Positions 1 through 12,694 of a stretch of DNA of 64,000 nt are shown in pieces (the first letter of the stretch is position 1; each line of letters opens with the position of its first letter). The notes below the pieces were generated by a model. The model was not told where the DNA came from, searched no databases, and saw only the letters and a list, made by a program, of their open reading frames with translations. This DNA comes from Coriobacteriia bacterium (GTDB lineage: Bacteria > Actinomycetota > Coriobacteriia > WRKU01): assembly GCA_009777935.1 (NCBI GenBank), contig WRKU01000006.1:7249-71248 (forward strand), given 5' to 3'. The translations under genes and the position numbers were made by a program.

Positions 1-4
1 ACCG

Positions 5-1591
5 TCATGCGAGCTTCGCGGCAAGTATCTCATTAACGACCTTCGGGTTCGCTTGACCGCCCGTCTCACGCATAACCTGGCCGACGAAGAAGCCGAGCAG
101 CCCCGTTTTGCCGGCGCGATATTCGGCGACTTTGTCCTCATGCGCCGCTATCAGCGTATCGACGATAGCTTCGAGCTCGCCGGTGTCGCTCACCTGCTTG
201 AGCCCCCGTGCCTCGACGATGGCGGTCGGGAGCTCGCCACTCGCTGCCATCTCGGCAAAGACCTCTTTGGCCTGCTTCGAGCTAATCGTATCTTCGTTGA
301 CGAGCACGACGAGCTCGGCGATATGAGCAGGCGTTATGCGACAAGCGGCGAGCGTCACGTCCTCCGCGTTCAGATGCGCAGCGAGGTCGTTGAGCATGAG
401 GTTGATCACGGCCTGTGCGACACCCTTCACCTCGATACCTTCCACCTCGACACCGGCCGCCGCAACGGTCTCCTCAAAGAACGCGAGCATCTCGGTATCG
501 ACTGCGAGAACACCGGCATCGTGCATCGACAGGCCAAACGTATCCGTAATGCGCTCACGACGCGCATCGGGAAGCTCCGGCAGACGCGCGGCGATAGCGT
601 CCACGTACGCGCTCGAAAACTCAAACGGCACCGTATCGGGCTCAGGGAAGTAGCGGTAGTCGTCTGCCGTCTCCTTGGAGCGCATCGCGCTCGTCACCTT
701 GGCTGACGCATCCCAGTGGCGCGTCTCCTGCACGACCGTGCCGCCTTCATCGAGTACGGCGGCCTGGCGGATAATCTCGTAGGCGAGCCCGTCGTGGATA
801 CCTTTGAACGAGTTCATGTTCTTCAGCTCGGTTTTGGTGCCGAACTCACGAACGCCGCGCGGACGAATCGAGATGTTAGCGTCGACGCGCATCGAACCTT
901 CCTCCATGTTGCAGTCACTCACGCCCAGACTCAGCCAGATGAGGCGCAGCTTGCGCGCAAACGCACGCGCTTCTTCGGGCGTGCGGATATCGGGCTCGGT
1001 CACGAGCTCCATGAGCGGTGTGCCGGCACGGTTAAAGTCGACGAGCGAGTGAGTCGCGCCTGCAATGCGCCCATCGGCGCCCCCGATATGGTTCATCTTG
1101 CCGGTATCCTCTTCGAGGTGCAGGCGCGTGATGCCAATCGTGGCACGATAACCGCCCGCGCGGTCAGCCTCGTCGAGCGGCGTACAGTTTGCGGCGGTGG
1201 CTACGTCGAGACGCTCATCGGCGTTTTCAGTCAGCTCGATATCGAGGCGCCCGTCGGCACAAAACGGTGGCTCGAACTGGGATATCTGATAGTTTGCCGG
1301 CATGTCGGGATAGAAGTAGTTCTTGCGATGAAACTGGCTCCACGGTGCAATAGTGCATGCGGTCGCCAAGCCGGCGAGTACCGTCCACGCGATGGCTTCT
1401 TCGTTAGGAACCGGCAGCGCGCCCGGATGGCCAAGACACGTCGGACACGTGCGCGTATTCGGCTCGCCCCCAAAGGCCACCGGACATCCACAGAACATCT
1501 TCGTCTGCGTCACCGTGATCTCGGTGTGAATCTCCAGACCGATGACGGCCTCGTAGCGCTCCAGCGCCTCGGTAAGTCGCGTATCTGCCAT
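5..1591 (-). CDS. gatB: Asp-tRNA(Asn)/Glu-tRNA(Gln) amidotransferase subunit B
   Basis: YEAVIGLEIH, RKNYFYPD, HLEEDTGK, DFNRAGTPLMELVTEPD, YRYFPEPD and C-terminal GFFVGQVM motifs; in gatCA(B) operon. Confidence 0.98.
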   Translation of the reverse strand: MADTRLTEALERYEAVIGLEIHTEITVTQTKMFCGCPVAFGGEPNTRTCPTCLGHPGALPVPNEEAIAWTVLAGLATACTIAPWSQFHRKNYFYPDMPANYQISQFEPPFCADGRLDIELTENADERLDVATAANCTPLDEADRAGGYRATIGITRLHLEEDTGKMNHIGGADGRIAGATHSLVDFNRAGTPLMELVTEPDIRTPEEARAFARKLRLIWLSLGVSDCNMEEGSMRVDANISIRPRGVREFGTKTELKNMNSFKGIHDGLAYEIIRQAAVLDEGGTVVQETRHWDASAKVTSAMRSKETADDYRYFPEPDTVPFEFSSAYVDAIAARLPELPDARRERITDTFGLSMHDAGVLAVDTEMLAFFEETVAAAGVEVEGIEVKGVAQAVINLMLNDLAAHLNAEDVTLAACRITPAHIAELVVLVNEDTISSKQAKEVFAEMAASGELPTAIVEARGLKQVSDTGELEAIVDTLIAAHEDKVAEYRAGKTGLLGFFVGQVMRETGGQANPKVVNEILAAKLA

Positions 1592-1602
1592 CTCGCTATC
1601 TC

Positions 1603-3057
1603 CTATTCGTCCAGCTCGGCGGTGTATAGTAACACCGGCAGGCCAATAAATGACTCGGTACCGCCGCGCGGGAACTGCTGGCGCACGACGCCTTCGAGCA
1701 CCATCGTCGGAAGGGTAACCGTCACGGGGCGAAAGCCCTGTGTGCGCAGCTCATCGTATGCTTCAAGCTGAGTCATACCCAGCACATCAGGCACTGTTGC
1801 TCGATTATCGGAGCCGTTCGAGATGAGAAGCCCGACTGACTCCCCTGCCTTGATGAGCGCATCGCGTGCGATGGGCATCTGCGCCACAACGACGCCTTGC
1901 GGTGTCTCGCTGTCCACATAGAGATACGTGACGACTTCAAACCCTGCGTTTTCAATCTCGATAGTGGCGCTTTCAACTCGCATGCCGACAACATTTGGCA
2001 CGGCAACGTCGGTCGTCGACGAACCACGCGATACGAGATACTGCACGGGACTACCGGGCATGATGAGCGTACCGGTTGAGGGCGTTTGGATGACGACTTC
2101 ATCGATGCGCCCAAACGGGGCCGAGCCAAAATAGACGAGCGGCGTAAAACCGGCATCGACAAGTACGGTCTCGGCATCGTTTGCCGAAAGCCCCATCACG
2201 CGCGGCATGGGCACCGGCACCGTAGGCGAGCCCTTGACCACAAGCACCGCAACTGTCGAGCCGGCCGGAACGTACGAATCACCGAGGGGAAGCTGCCCGA
2301 GAATCTCACCATCAGGAACGATAGGGTCATACGTGACAACCTCTTCGAGGACAAGACGGTTGGCCGTGAGTATCTCGCGTGCCTCCTCAGGGGTTAGGCC
2401 GGTGAGATCGGGTACCTGCGTCTCGCGCGATTCTCGCGCAACGGTAAGCGTTACCGGTGAGCCACGCGGTACCGAACGGTCAACGCGCGGATCCTGTGCC
2501 AGCACGACACCCGGCGCAACGTTGGCATTCTCCTGTTCGAGCACGCGGCCTACCGTCAGCCCCGCCTCTTCAAGCTGCTCGGTCGCCTGTGGGGTTGTCA
2601 GACCGATGAGGTCAGGTACGGTTACAAATCCCCCGCTGAAAAAGACAAAGTACGAGAATACGGCCGCAACGACAGCCAGGCCGAGCAAGGTGAACAAGAT
2701 TGGTTTGACGAAGTCCTTGGGTTCGGCGGTGATGCGGCGTGTGTCCTCAAGTGTGTCAAACTGCGCGAGATGTTCATCGATAAGCTGGTCGGTATCATCG
2801 TTTTCGGTGAGAAACCAGAAGTCGTCGTCGTTGATGACATGACCGGCCGGTACTTCGTGACGAAGCTGGGTAAGATGTCGAGCAATCGACGCCTCACGCG
2901 CCGCATTCGCCGTCAGCTCAATGGGTGTCAACTCTTCCGTTGCTCCTCGCGGGGTAACGTTGCAGGTCTGCTGAGGCAACGCAAGCTGCTCGGCAGGGTC
3001 GAGTGCGGGAGCCTCGGGATCGGGCTCAATCTCGCCTATAAATCGGCGGTTTAGCAC
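1603..3057 (-). CDS. PASTA-repeat membrane protein without kinase domain
   Basis: One TM helix, then about five VPD/NLxG...A...L...G PASTA repeats; GTG start at 3057 overlapping the gatA stop is inferred. Confidence 0.85.
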   Translation of the reverse strand: MLNRRFIGEIEPDPEAPALDPAEQLALPQQTCNVTPRGATEELTPIELTANAAREASIARHLTQLRHEVPAGHVINDDDFWFLTENDDTDQLIDEHLAQFDTLEDTRRITAEPKDFVKPILFTLLGLAVVAAVFSYFVFFSGGFVTVPDLIGLTTPQATEQLEEAGLTVGRVLEQENANVAPGVVLAQDPRVDRSVPRGSPVTLTVARESRETQVPDLTGLTPEEAREILTANRLVLEEVVTYDPIVPDGEILGQLPLGDSYVPAGSTVAVLVVKGSPTVPVPMPRVMGLSANDAETVLVDAGFTPLVYFGSAPFGRIDEVVIQTPSTGTLIMPGSPVQYLVSRGSSTTDVAVPNVVGMRVESATIEIENAGFEVVTYLYVDSETPQGVVVAQMPIARDALIKAGESVGLLISNGSDNRATVPDVLGMTQLEAYDELRTQGFRPVTVTLPTMVLEGVVRQQFPRGGTESFIGLPVLLYTAELDE

Positions 3058-4520
3058 GCAGGCGCGCCTTCGGTGACGGGATGCGCAGACGCGTGGGCGG
3101 ATGCGTGCGCCGGTGTACACACAAAGCCGTAGTGGTCTTCGAGCACGGCGGCGGTACGCAACAGCGTACGTTCGTCAAAGTGGTTTGCGATAAGCTGCAA
3201 GCCCATCGGTAGGCCACCCGTCGAAAGCCCCATCGGCAAGGACAGCGCGGTGTTGCCGGCGAGGTTAACCGGCACGGTAAAGATGTCGTTGCTACACATG
3301 GCAATCACATCATCGATCTTTTCATCGAGCTTAAACGCCGGCGTGGGCGCGGTCGGCGTCAGGATAATGTCGTAGCCGGCAAAGACCTGGGCAAAGTCAT
3401 CGGCAACGATGGTGCGCGCCTTCTGCGCCTGCCCATAGTAAGAGTCGTAGTGCCCGGCCGAGAGCACGTAGGTACCCAGCACAATGCGGCGAATCGTCTC
3501 GGGGCCAAAGCCTTCGCTGCGACTGCGCACGTAGAGGTCGAGCACATCTTCAGGGTTCGTCGCACGCACGCCGTAACGGACACCATCGAGACGCGCAAGG
3601 TTCGAGCTCGCTTCGGCCGGCGCGATGATGTAGTAGGCACTGTGGCCGTTCCAGATGTTAGGGAGCGTGACCTCGCCGACCTCGGCACCGGCCGAAGCGA
3701 GCGCCTCGGCAGCAGCGAGCACCCCTGCCTTGACCTCAGGATCGAGCCCCTCTGCCGCCAGCCAGTCCACCGCCACGGCGACGCGCAGCCCTTCGGCTCC
3801 GCGGCCGAGCTCAGCGGTAAAGTCCTCAGCTTCGCGCGGTACACTCGTTGCGTCGCGCGCGTCGTGGCCGGCGATGGCGTTCAGCACCCGCGCCGTGTCT
3901 TCGACGGTACGCGCGAGAGGGCCGACTTGGTCGAGCGAGGACGCAAACGCCGCGCATCCATAGCGCGACACGCGCCCATAGGTGGGCTTGAGTGCGACGG
4001 TGCCGGTAAACGCGCCGGGCTGGCGAATCGAGCCGCCCGTGTCGCTCCCAAGCGCGGCGTCCACCATACCGGCCGCCACCGCCGCGGCCGAGCCACCGCT
4101 TGAGCCGCCGGGTACGCGCTCGGTATCCCACGGGTTGTGGGTCGGGCCGTATACGCTCGTCTCGGTCGAGGAGCCGAACGCAAACTCGTCCATGTTGCAC
4201 TTGCCGACCGGCACCGCGCCGGCCTCGATAAGACGCTCAACGGCGGTTGCCGTATAGATCGACTCGTAGTTTTCGAGTATGCGTGACGCGCAGGTCGTCC
4301 GCGTGCCAACGAGATTGAGGTTATCCTTAAGGCCAACCGTCATGCCGGCGAGCGGCACATCCTCGCCACGGGCGACACGTTCGTCGACGCTATCGGCGAT
4401 GTTGAGCGCGAGCTCCTCGGTGACCTGCGTAAAGGCGTTAATCTTCGGCTCGATAGCTGCAATGCGAGCAAGCGCGGCCTCGGTGTTGGTGCGTGCGGTG
4501 ACATTCGTTTCAGCCATCAT
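3051..4520 (-). CDS. gatA: Asp/Glu-tRNA amidotransferase subunit A
   Basis: Amidase signature GGSSGGSAAAVA, GSDTGGSIRQP, EASSNLARLDGVRYG. Confidence 0.98.
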   Translation of the reverse strand: MMAETNVTARTNTEAALARIAAIEPKINAFTQVTEELALNIADSVDERVARGEDVPLAGMTVGLKDNLNLVGTRTTCASRILENYESIYTATAVERLIEAGAVPVGKCNMDEFAFGSSTETSVYGPTHNPWDTERVPGGSSGGSAAAVAAGMVDAALGSDTGGSIRQPGAFTGTVALKPTYGRVSRYGCAAFASSLDQVGPLARTVEDTARVLNAIAGHDARDATSVPREAEDFTAELGRGAEGLRVAVAVDWLAAEGLDPEVKAGVLAAAEALASAGAEVGEVTLPNIWNGHSAYYIIAPAEASSNLARLDGVRYGVRATNPEDVLDLYVRSRSEGFGPETIRRIVLGTYVLSAGHYDSYYGQAQKARTIVADDFAQVFAGYDIILTPTAPTPAFKLDEKIDDVIAMCSNDIFTVPVNLAGNTALSLPMGLSTGGLPMGLQLIANHFDERTLLRTAAVLEDHYGFVCTPAHASAHASAHPVTEGAPAC

Positions 4521-4822
4521 GCACCACCTTCCGTTCCCGACCCGATACGCGGCACGAGAAACGCATTGCCCTCGTGCGCCGGTGCGTTCTTAAACACGAG
4601 ATTGGGAGGCAGCGAGTCACGGCGCTCGTCGGAGCGCGTGACGTTCACGAGCGCCGTAGCGTGCGTCATCGGTTCGACACCGTCGAGATCAAGCTCGCCG
4701 ATGTGTTTGAGATGAACGAGCAACGCATTGATATCCTCGGTAAGCGCGGCGGTGGCGGCCTCATCAAGCTCGATACGAGCAAGAAACGCATAGTGAGCGA
4801 CCTCTTTTTGAGTCAAAGACAT
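4517..4822 (-). CDS. gatC: Asp/Glu-tRNA amidotransferase subunit C
   Basis: LARIEL, GVEPMTH, NAP, FLVPRI; directly upstream of gatA. Confidence 0.95.
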   Translation of the reverse strand: MSLTQKEVAHYAFLARIELDEAATAALTEDINALLVHLKHIGELDLDGVEPMTHATALVNVTRSDERRDSLPPNLVFKNAPAHEGNAFLVPRIGSGTEGGA

Positions 4823-4900
4823 ACAGAGCTACTTTCGTCGAGTAACTTTACATGAGTATTATAGCACCCTAAAGCACCCGAGCGCTTCATATGGGGGTAT

Positions 4901-7919
<3,019 letters not shown>

Positions 7920-7942
7920 TCAGTATAGGCGAGAGGGTTGCT

Positions 7943-8743
7943 GTGCGCAGGTTTGTTACACCGCTTATTATCATTCTGTTAGTTTTTCTCACGGCGCCAC
8001 AGCTTGCCGGAGCAACACTGCGCAACGAAGACATCGTCCATCTGCATATCATCGCTATCCGTGATGAAGCAGGTGAGCGCATCGTCTACCGCTTTCATGC
8101 TCATCCGGACGTCGAGCTACCGCAACAGATCGATGTCGCCCTGCATACCGGCGCACGCGTTGCCGACGTGTACGAATCCGACGGAAATGAATGGTGGCCG
8201 ATGGGGTATGCGCATCGTGGCACTACGCTCACACTCTCGTTTATTAAGGGACGTATCGCTGAGGCTCACATACGCGAAGCAAACCTTTTCCAGACACAAA
8301 ATAACGGTGCTTTGCATGTGACGATTCCGCTTGAGGCGGTCGTTGGCATACAGAGCGTGCTGGTAGGTGCCACGTTACCGACCGGGTATCGATGTATAGA
8401 GCCCGAAGGCTACACCGTCGAGCGCGACGAGGCAACGAGCGCCGAGGTCGTTACGCTTCCCGTGAGCGTCACCGGCGATCGCGCAGCCGATTCGATAACG
8501 TTCGTCTTTCAAAATGAAAATCTGCCCATACGATCGGCCGAGGTCGAGAGTGGTGAGACGGAAGCGACTCCTTCTGAGCCGGGACAGTACGTGTGGTGGC
8601 CGCTTGTGCTCTTATGTGTGGCATTTGCGATAGTTGGCGCGGCTTACGCGTGGCTCTGGTACCGCGAGCAAAAAGACGCAGAGGAAGAGTTAGGCGACGA
8701 AGATGACGAGCTTGACGAGGACGAGCCCCTAGCGAACGCGTAG
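7943..8743 (+). CDS. Exported hypothetical protein with C-terminal TM anchor and acidic tail
   Basis: Signal peptide, C-terminal TM helix; fills the gap between ligA and lpdA; local similarity to the 41009-42337 protein. Confidence 0.75.
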   Translation: MRRFVTPLIIILLVFLTAPQLAGATLRNEDIVHLHIIAIRDEAGERIVYRFHAHPDVELPQQIDVALHTGARVADVYESDGNEWWPMGYAHRGTTLTLSFIKGRIAEAHIREANLFQTQNNGALHVTIPLEAVVGIQSVLVGATLPTGYRCIEPEGYTVERDEATSAEVVTLPVSVTGDRAADSITFVFQNENLPIRSAEVESGETEATPSEPGQYVWWPLVLLCVAFAIVGAAYAWLWYREQKDAEEELGDEDDELDEDEPLANA

Positions 8744-10060
8744 TTTTGCAGCGAGTAGTTGTGCGGCGTCGCGTATTGTTTCGCTTAAGGTAGGGTGTGC
8801 CACAACCGTGTCGACGAGGTCGGTGACGGTCGCGTTCAAACGCATCGCAAGCGTAATCTGTGCAATAAGCTCGACGGCCTGCGGCCCTACGATCTGCGCA
8901 CCGACGATACGACCATCATCCTTGAGAGCAATAAGCTGCACAAAGCCGTCGGTGTCATTCTCGGCAAGTGCCCGCCCGTTACCCGTAAACTTTGTGATGG
9001 CGCTCACCACATCGGTACCGTCACGCTTGGCTTCGTCGAGCGTGAGGCCGACGGTCGCAATCTCTGGGTGGGTGTAGATGCACGCAGGTATAGGCGTCTG
9101 GGACAACCGAGTGCTCGGGCTTTGCGACGGCACACTTAGACGACGCCCCGTGTGCTCGCCCTCGTGTTCGGCGGCGTGGGCGAGCATCACACCCTCCGCC
9201 GCATCACCAATAACGACGGCCGGTATCGGAAGCGCCTCAAGCAACGCTGCGTCCGGCGCAATCGGGCGACGTCCGACGGCCGAGAGCAGCACATCAGCGT
9301 AAAGCTCCGTGCCGTCCGAGAGGGTGGCGCGTATGCGCTCGCCTTCCTGTCGCACCGCCTCGACCGACGTATTCGTGCGTATCTCGATGCCATCGGCGAT
9401 GAGCGCCGCCGCAAGCGTACGCGCCACACGCCTGTCCATGCCCGGCAGTATCTGCGCGCCGAGCTCAACGATCGTCACCTGTGAGCCAAACGCAGCGTAC
9501 ATGCTCGCAAACTCAACGCCGATGACACCGCCGCCAACGATGAGCAACTTCTGAGGGATTTCGCGCAGCTCAAGAGCTTCGTTGCTCGTCCAGACGCGTT
9601 CGAGGCGATGGTCGATGTGAGGGAGCTCGAGCGGCACCGAGCCGGTCGCAATAATGAGTGAATCGGGCTTGAGCGTGAGCGACTCAACCGTCACCGTGCC
9701 GTCTGCATTGATACGCGCCTCGCCGAAGACGACCTCGACCTTCGCGCGCTTGAGCTCAGTAGCGATCTGCGTACGCAGCGTCGTAACGACCTCGTCAACC
9801 CGCGCACGCAGCACCGCGAGGTCGAGGGTGGGCGCACCTATCTGTATGCCAAGTTCATGCGCATCGCGCATCTCACGTAGGGCGCGCGCCGTGCGCAAGA
9901 TAGTCTTCGTCGGGATGCAGCCGCGATTGAGGCACGTGCCGCCAAGGCCGGCCAGAGGGTCACGCTCAATGAGCGTGACCTGCGCACCGTGGCGGCGTGC
10001 CTCAAGCGCGGCTGCCACACCACCCGGCCCGGCTCCGATAACGACGAGGTTATGTGCCAT
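8729..10060 (-). CDS. lpdA: Dihydrolipoamide dehydrogenase-like flavoprotein
   Basis: GAGPGG, GGTCLNRGCIPTK redox disulfide, GGGVIGVE, HPTLSE. Confidence 0.9.
   Translation of the reverse strand: MAHNLVVIGAGPGGVAAALEARRHGAQVTLIERDPLAGLGGTCLNRGCIPTKTILRTARALREMRDAHELGIQIGAPTLDLAVLRARVDEVVTTLRTQIATELKRAKVEVVFGEARINADGTVTVESLTLKPDSLIIATGSVPLELPHIDHRLERVWTSNEALELREIPQKLLIVGGGVIGVEFASMYAAFGSQVTIVELGAQILPGMDRRVARTLAAALIADGIEIRTNTSVEAVRQEGERIRATLSDGTELYADVLLSAVGRRPIAPDAALLEALPIPAVVIGDAAEGVMLAHAAEHEGEHTGRRLSVPSQSPSTRLSQTPIPACIYTHPEIATVGLTLDEAKRDGTDVVSAITKFTGNGRALAENDTDGFVQLIALKDDGRIVGAQIVGPQAVELIAQITLAMRLNATVTDLVDTVVAHPTLSETIRDAAQLLAAKLRVR
9108..9158 (-). repeat. Copy of CGAGCACAC-N7-CGTCTAAGT repeat family, in frame inside lpdA
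   Basis: Gapped 18-bp motif identical at 14967-14991 and 39129-39153; CGAGCACTCG end shared with 14869-14878. Confidence 0.7.
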
Positions 10061-12293
10061 CGGCGCGCGCCTTACTGCCGACTTCATCGACGAGCAATAC
10101 ACAGCTCGGCGCGTCGGTGCTATAGTGCGCGTGCGCCCGATGCGCCCACTCCTTCGTCACCACCGCACCACCCACGCACACCGGCATATCAGGCAGCGCG
10201 TCGTGCAGCGCCTCGATAGTCTCACGCATGGCGGGCAGCGTCGTCGTCATCAACGCGCTCAGACACACCGCGCAGGGATTTTCGGTACGCGCCGCTTTGA
10301 CGACCGTGGCAGCCGGCACATCAACGCCCAGGTCAACGACACGATAGCCCTGGCTCGTCAGCAATGCAGCGCATATCTCCTTGCCAATCGAGTGGATATC
10401 ACCATGCACCGTCGCAAAGACAATCGTACCCTTCGAGGACGCGGTATCGATAGCGTCAGCGTCGGCGCTCGTTCGCATGAGCTCAAGCGCACGCATAAGC
10501 TGCGGCAGAAAAATCTCGCCGGTTTTGAACTTTTCGGCGAGGGTGGTCATGTTCATCTGAGCGACTTCATCATCCGTCAGCGATGCGGTGATACGCGCGC
10601 TCGGTGACTCGTTCACGTTGATAATGGCGGCATCGAGCCCGGCCGCAACGGCATCGGCGAGAAACTTCGCGTTAACCGTCGCGCGATCTTCCATGCCATG
10701 GCTCACGTTCGAGATGCCGAGTACCGTCGCCATGCCCGCCTCGCCCACCAGCCGTAGCGCCTCAAGCGTCGTGCGCGGCGCGGTCGGGTCGGCCGCCATC
10801 GTCAACACAAGGGTGTCGGCGACGAGCCGGCTCGACGCGATACCGTACTCCTGCGCATCGCGGCGAATCGTTTCGATGACCTCGACGCGTTCCGGAGCCG
10901 TCACAGGGATACCACGCTCATCGAGCGCAAGTGCAATCGCGCAAGCGCCGTAGCGCTTCACAAGCGGCAGTATCGCCTTGCGGCTCGCCACCTCGCCACT
11001 TACGCTGTTGACGAGCGCGCGGCCGGGATAGACGCACAGTGCACGTTCGAGCGCCTCGGCATCCATCGTATCGATCGAAAGTGGGACGTCAACGGCGGCG
11101 CCGACGGCCTCGACGACGAGCGGCAGCATCGTCACCTCATCGACCCCGGCACCCCCCACGTTGATATCGAGCATGTCGGCGCCGGCCGCCTCTTGCTCAA
11201 GCGCGTAGGTCACGGCAAGCTCGGTCGAGCCGGCCTCAAGCGAGGCGCGCAGTTCGGGCTTGCCGGTAGGGTTGATGCGCTCACCGATACGCGTGAGACG
11301 GCGCTCATCATCGGGCACATCAGCGCGCCGACGATTGCCGCCACCGATAACGTGATATTCGCGTGGACTCGCAACGACCGGACGATCAAAACCACGATCT
11401 GCAACATGAACGCACGGAGCACCGGCGATCTCATCGGCGATGGCGCCGGTAAACGACGGTGTCGATCCGCAACACGATCCCACCGCAGCCACGCCAGCCT
11501 CAGAGGCAACGCGCGCAAAAGCGGCCATCTCGTCGGCGGTGCCCGGATAGCGCGTATCACCCGAAGCCGTTAGCTCAGGCAGGCCGGCGTTCGGACGCAC
11601 AAAAACGGGGAGCGTCGTCGCAGCGATCATCTCAGTAACGAGCGACTCCATCTGTGCCGGTCCTAGCCCACAGTTGAGGCCGACGGCATCGGCGCCGGCC
11701 GCCTCCACTATGATGGCAGCGGTCTCCGGGTCGGTGCCGGACAGGTCGGTACGACCTGCCTCACTACAGGTAATCGAGGCAAAAACCGGCAGCTCAGGTA
11801 CGGTTTCCTTGCAGGCAAGCACAGCGATGCGTAGCTCGGCGATATCGGTAAAGGTTTCCAGTATGAAGGCATCGGGGCCGCCTAAGCCCTTACCGAGGGC
11901 TGCGGCTTGTTCGGCAAAGACCTCGTAGAGTTCGTCGAACGTTGTCTCGCCGAGCGGCCGCAACAGCAGACCCGTCGGCCCAATGTCGGCGAGCACATGC
12001 TGCGCACCACTCGCACGCGCCAGCCGCACGCCCGCACGATTGATATCGGCGACTTGGTCATCAAGATGGTACTCGGCAAGCTTGGTACGTGATGCCCCGA
12101 ACGTATTCGTCGTCACGCAGTCGGCACCGGCCAATACGTAGTTCGTGTGGATCTGTGTTATCGCATCGGGCTCGACGAGGTTGAGGAGCTCGTTGCAGGT
12201 ACCGGCACCGTAGCCGGCGCGCTGGAGCATCGTGCCCATCGCTCCATCGATAACGAGCATCTCGCGCCCCAGGCGCATCATGATATCAGGCAT
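10050..12293 (-). CDS. metH: Cobalamin-dependent methionine synthase lacking the AdoMet reactivation domain
   Basis: DGAMGTML, GLNCG, GSCCG, IGERINPTGK pterin domain, GDIHSIG B12-binding motif; ends after the B12 domain. Confidence 0.9.
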   Translation of the reverse strand: MPDIMMRLGREMLVIDGAMGTMLQRAGYGAGTCNELLNLVEPDAITQIHTNYVLAGADCVTTNTFGASRTKLAEYHLDDQVADINRAGVRLARASGAQHVLADIGPTGLLLRPLGETTFDELYEVFAEQAAALGKGLGGPDAFILETFTDIAELRIAVLACKETVPELPVFASITCSEAGRTDLSGTDPETAAIIVEAAGADAVGLNCGLGPAQMESLVTEMIAATTLPVFVRPNAGLPELTASGDTRYPGTADEMAAFARVASEAGVAAVGSCCGSTPSFTGAIADEIAGAPCVHVADRGFDRPVVASPREYHVIGGGNRRRADVPDDERRLTRIGERINPTGKPELRASLEAGSTELAVTYALEQEAAGADMLDINVGGAGVDEVTMLPLVVEAVGAAVDVPLSIDTMDAEALERALCVYPGRALVNSVSGEVASRKAILPLVKRYGACAIALALDERGIPVTAPERVEVIETIRRDAQEYGIASSRLVADTLVLTMAADPTAPRTTLEALRLVGEAGMATVLGISNVSHGMEDRATVNAKFLADAVAAGLDAAIINVNESPSARITASLTDDEVAQMNMTTLAEKFKTGEIFLPQLMRALELMRTSADADAIDTASSKGTIVFATVHGDIHSIGKEICAALLTSQGYRVVDLGVDVPAATVVKAARTENPCAVCLSALMTTTLPAMRETIEALHDALPDMPVCVGGAVVTKEWAHRAHAHYSTDAPSCVLLVDEVGSKARADGT

Positions 12294-12645
12294 TTTGTTT
12301 GGACTCTTCATCGAGCGCAATACGCCCGTTGGAATACTGTATCGCCATAAAACCCATGATAAACGTCCAGCCAAACGCCAAAACAACCATCTGAGCCAGC
12401 GGAGCAACGCCGAACTGGTACAAGAACGTACCGAGCTCACCGCTCGTGAGTGCGTAAACCGCCACCGCAATCACGGCACCAAGGAGTAAGTATGCCCAGA
12501 CGACGGTGAAGCGCTTCGCTGCGCGCCCACCCTTGGTAGCACCGATGGCAAACGCCGCGATAAAACCCATCGCGCCAATCGCCACAACAAGAAAGCCCGC
12601 CAGAAGAAACGCCAGCTCTGCCATTCCCTGATATCCGTAGTTCAT
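12286..12645 (-). CDS. Small hypothetical membrane protein (about 3 TM)
   Basis: Hydrophobic ORF starting MNYGYQG after a purine-rich RBS; overlaps metH start. Confidence 0.7.
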   Translation of the reverse strand: MNYGYQGMAELAFLLAGFLVVAIGAMGFIAAFAIGATKGGRAAKRFTVVWAYLLLGAVIAVAVYALTSGELGTFLYQFGVAPLAQMVVLAFGWTFIMGFMAIQYSNGRIALDEESKQNA

Positions 12646-12694
12646 ACGCCTTCCACCCTTTCGCCTCTGATGTCTATAGTATAATAGATGGGCT

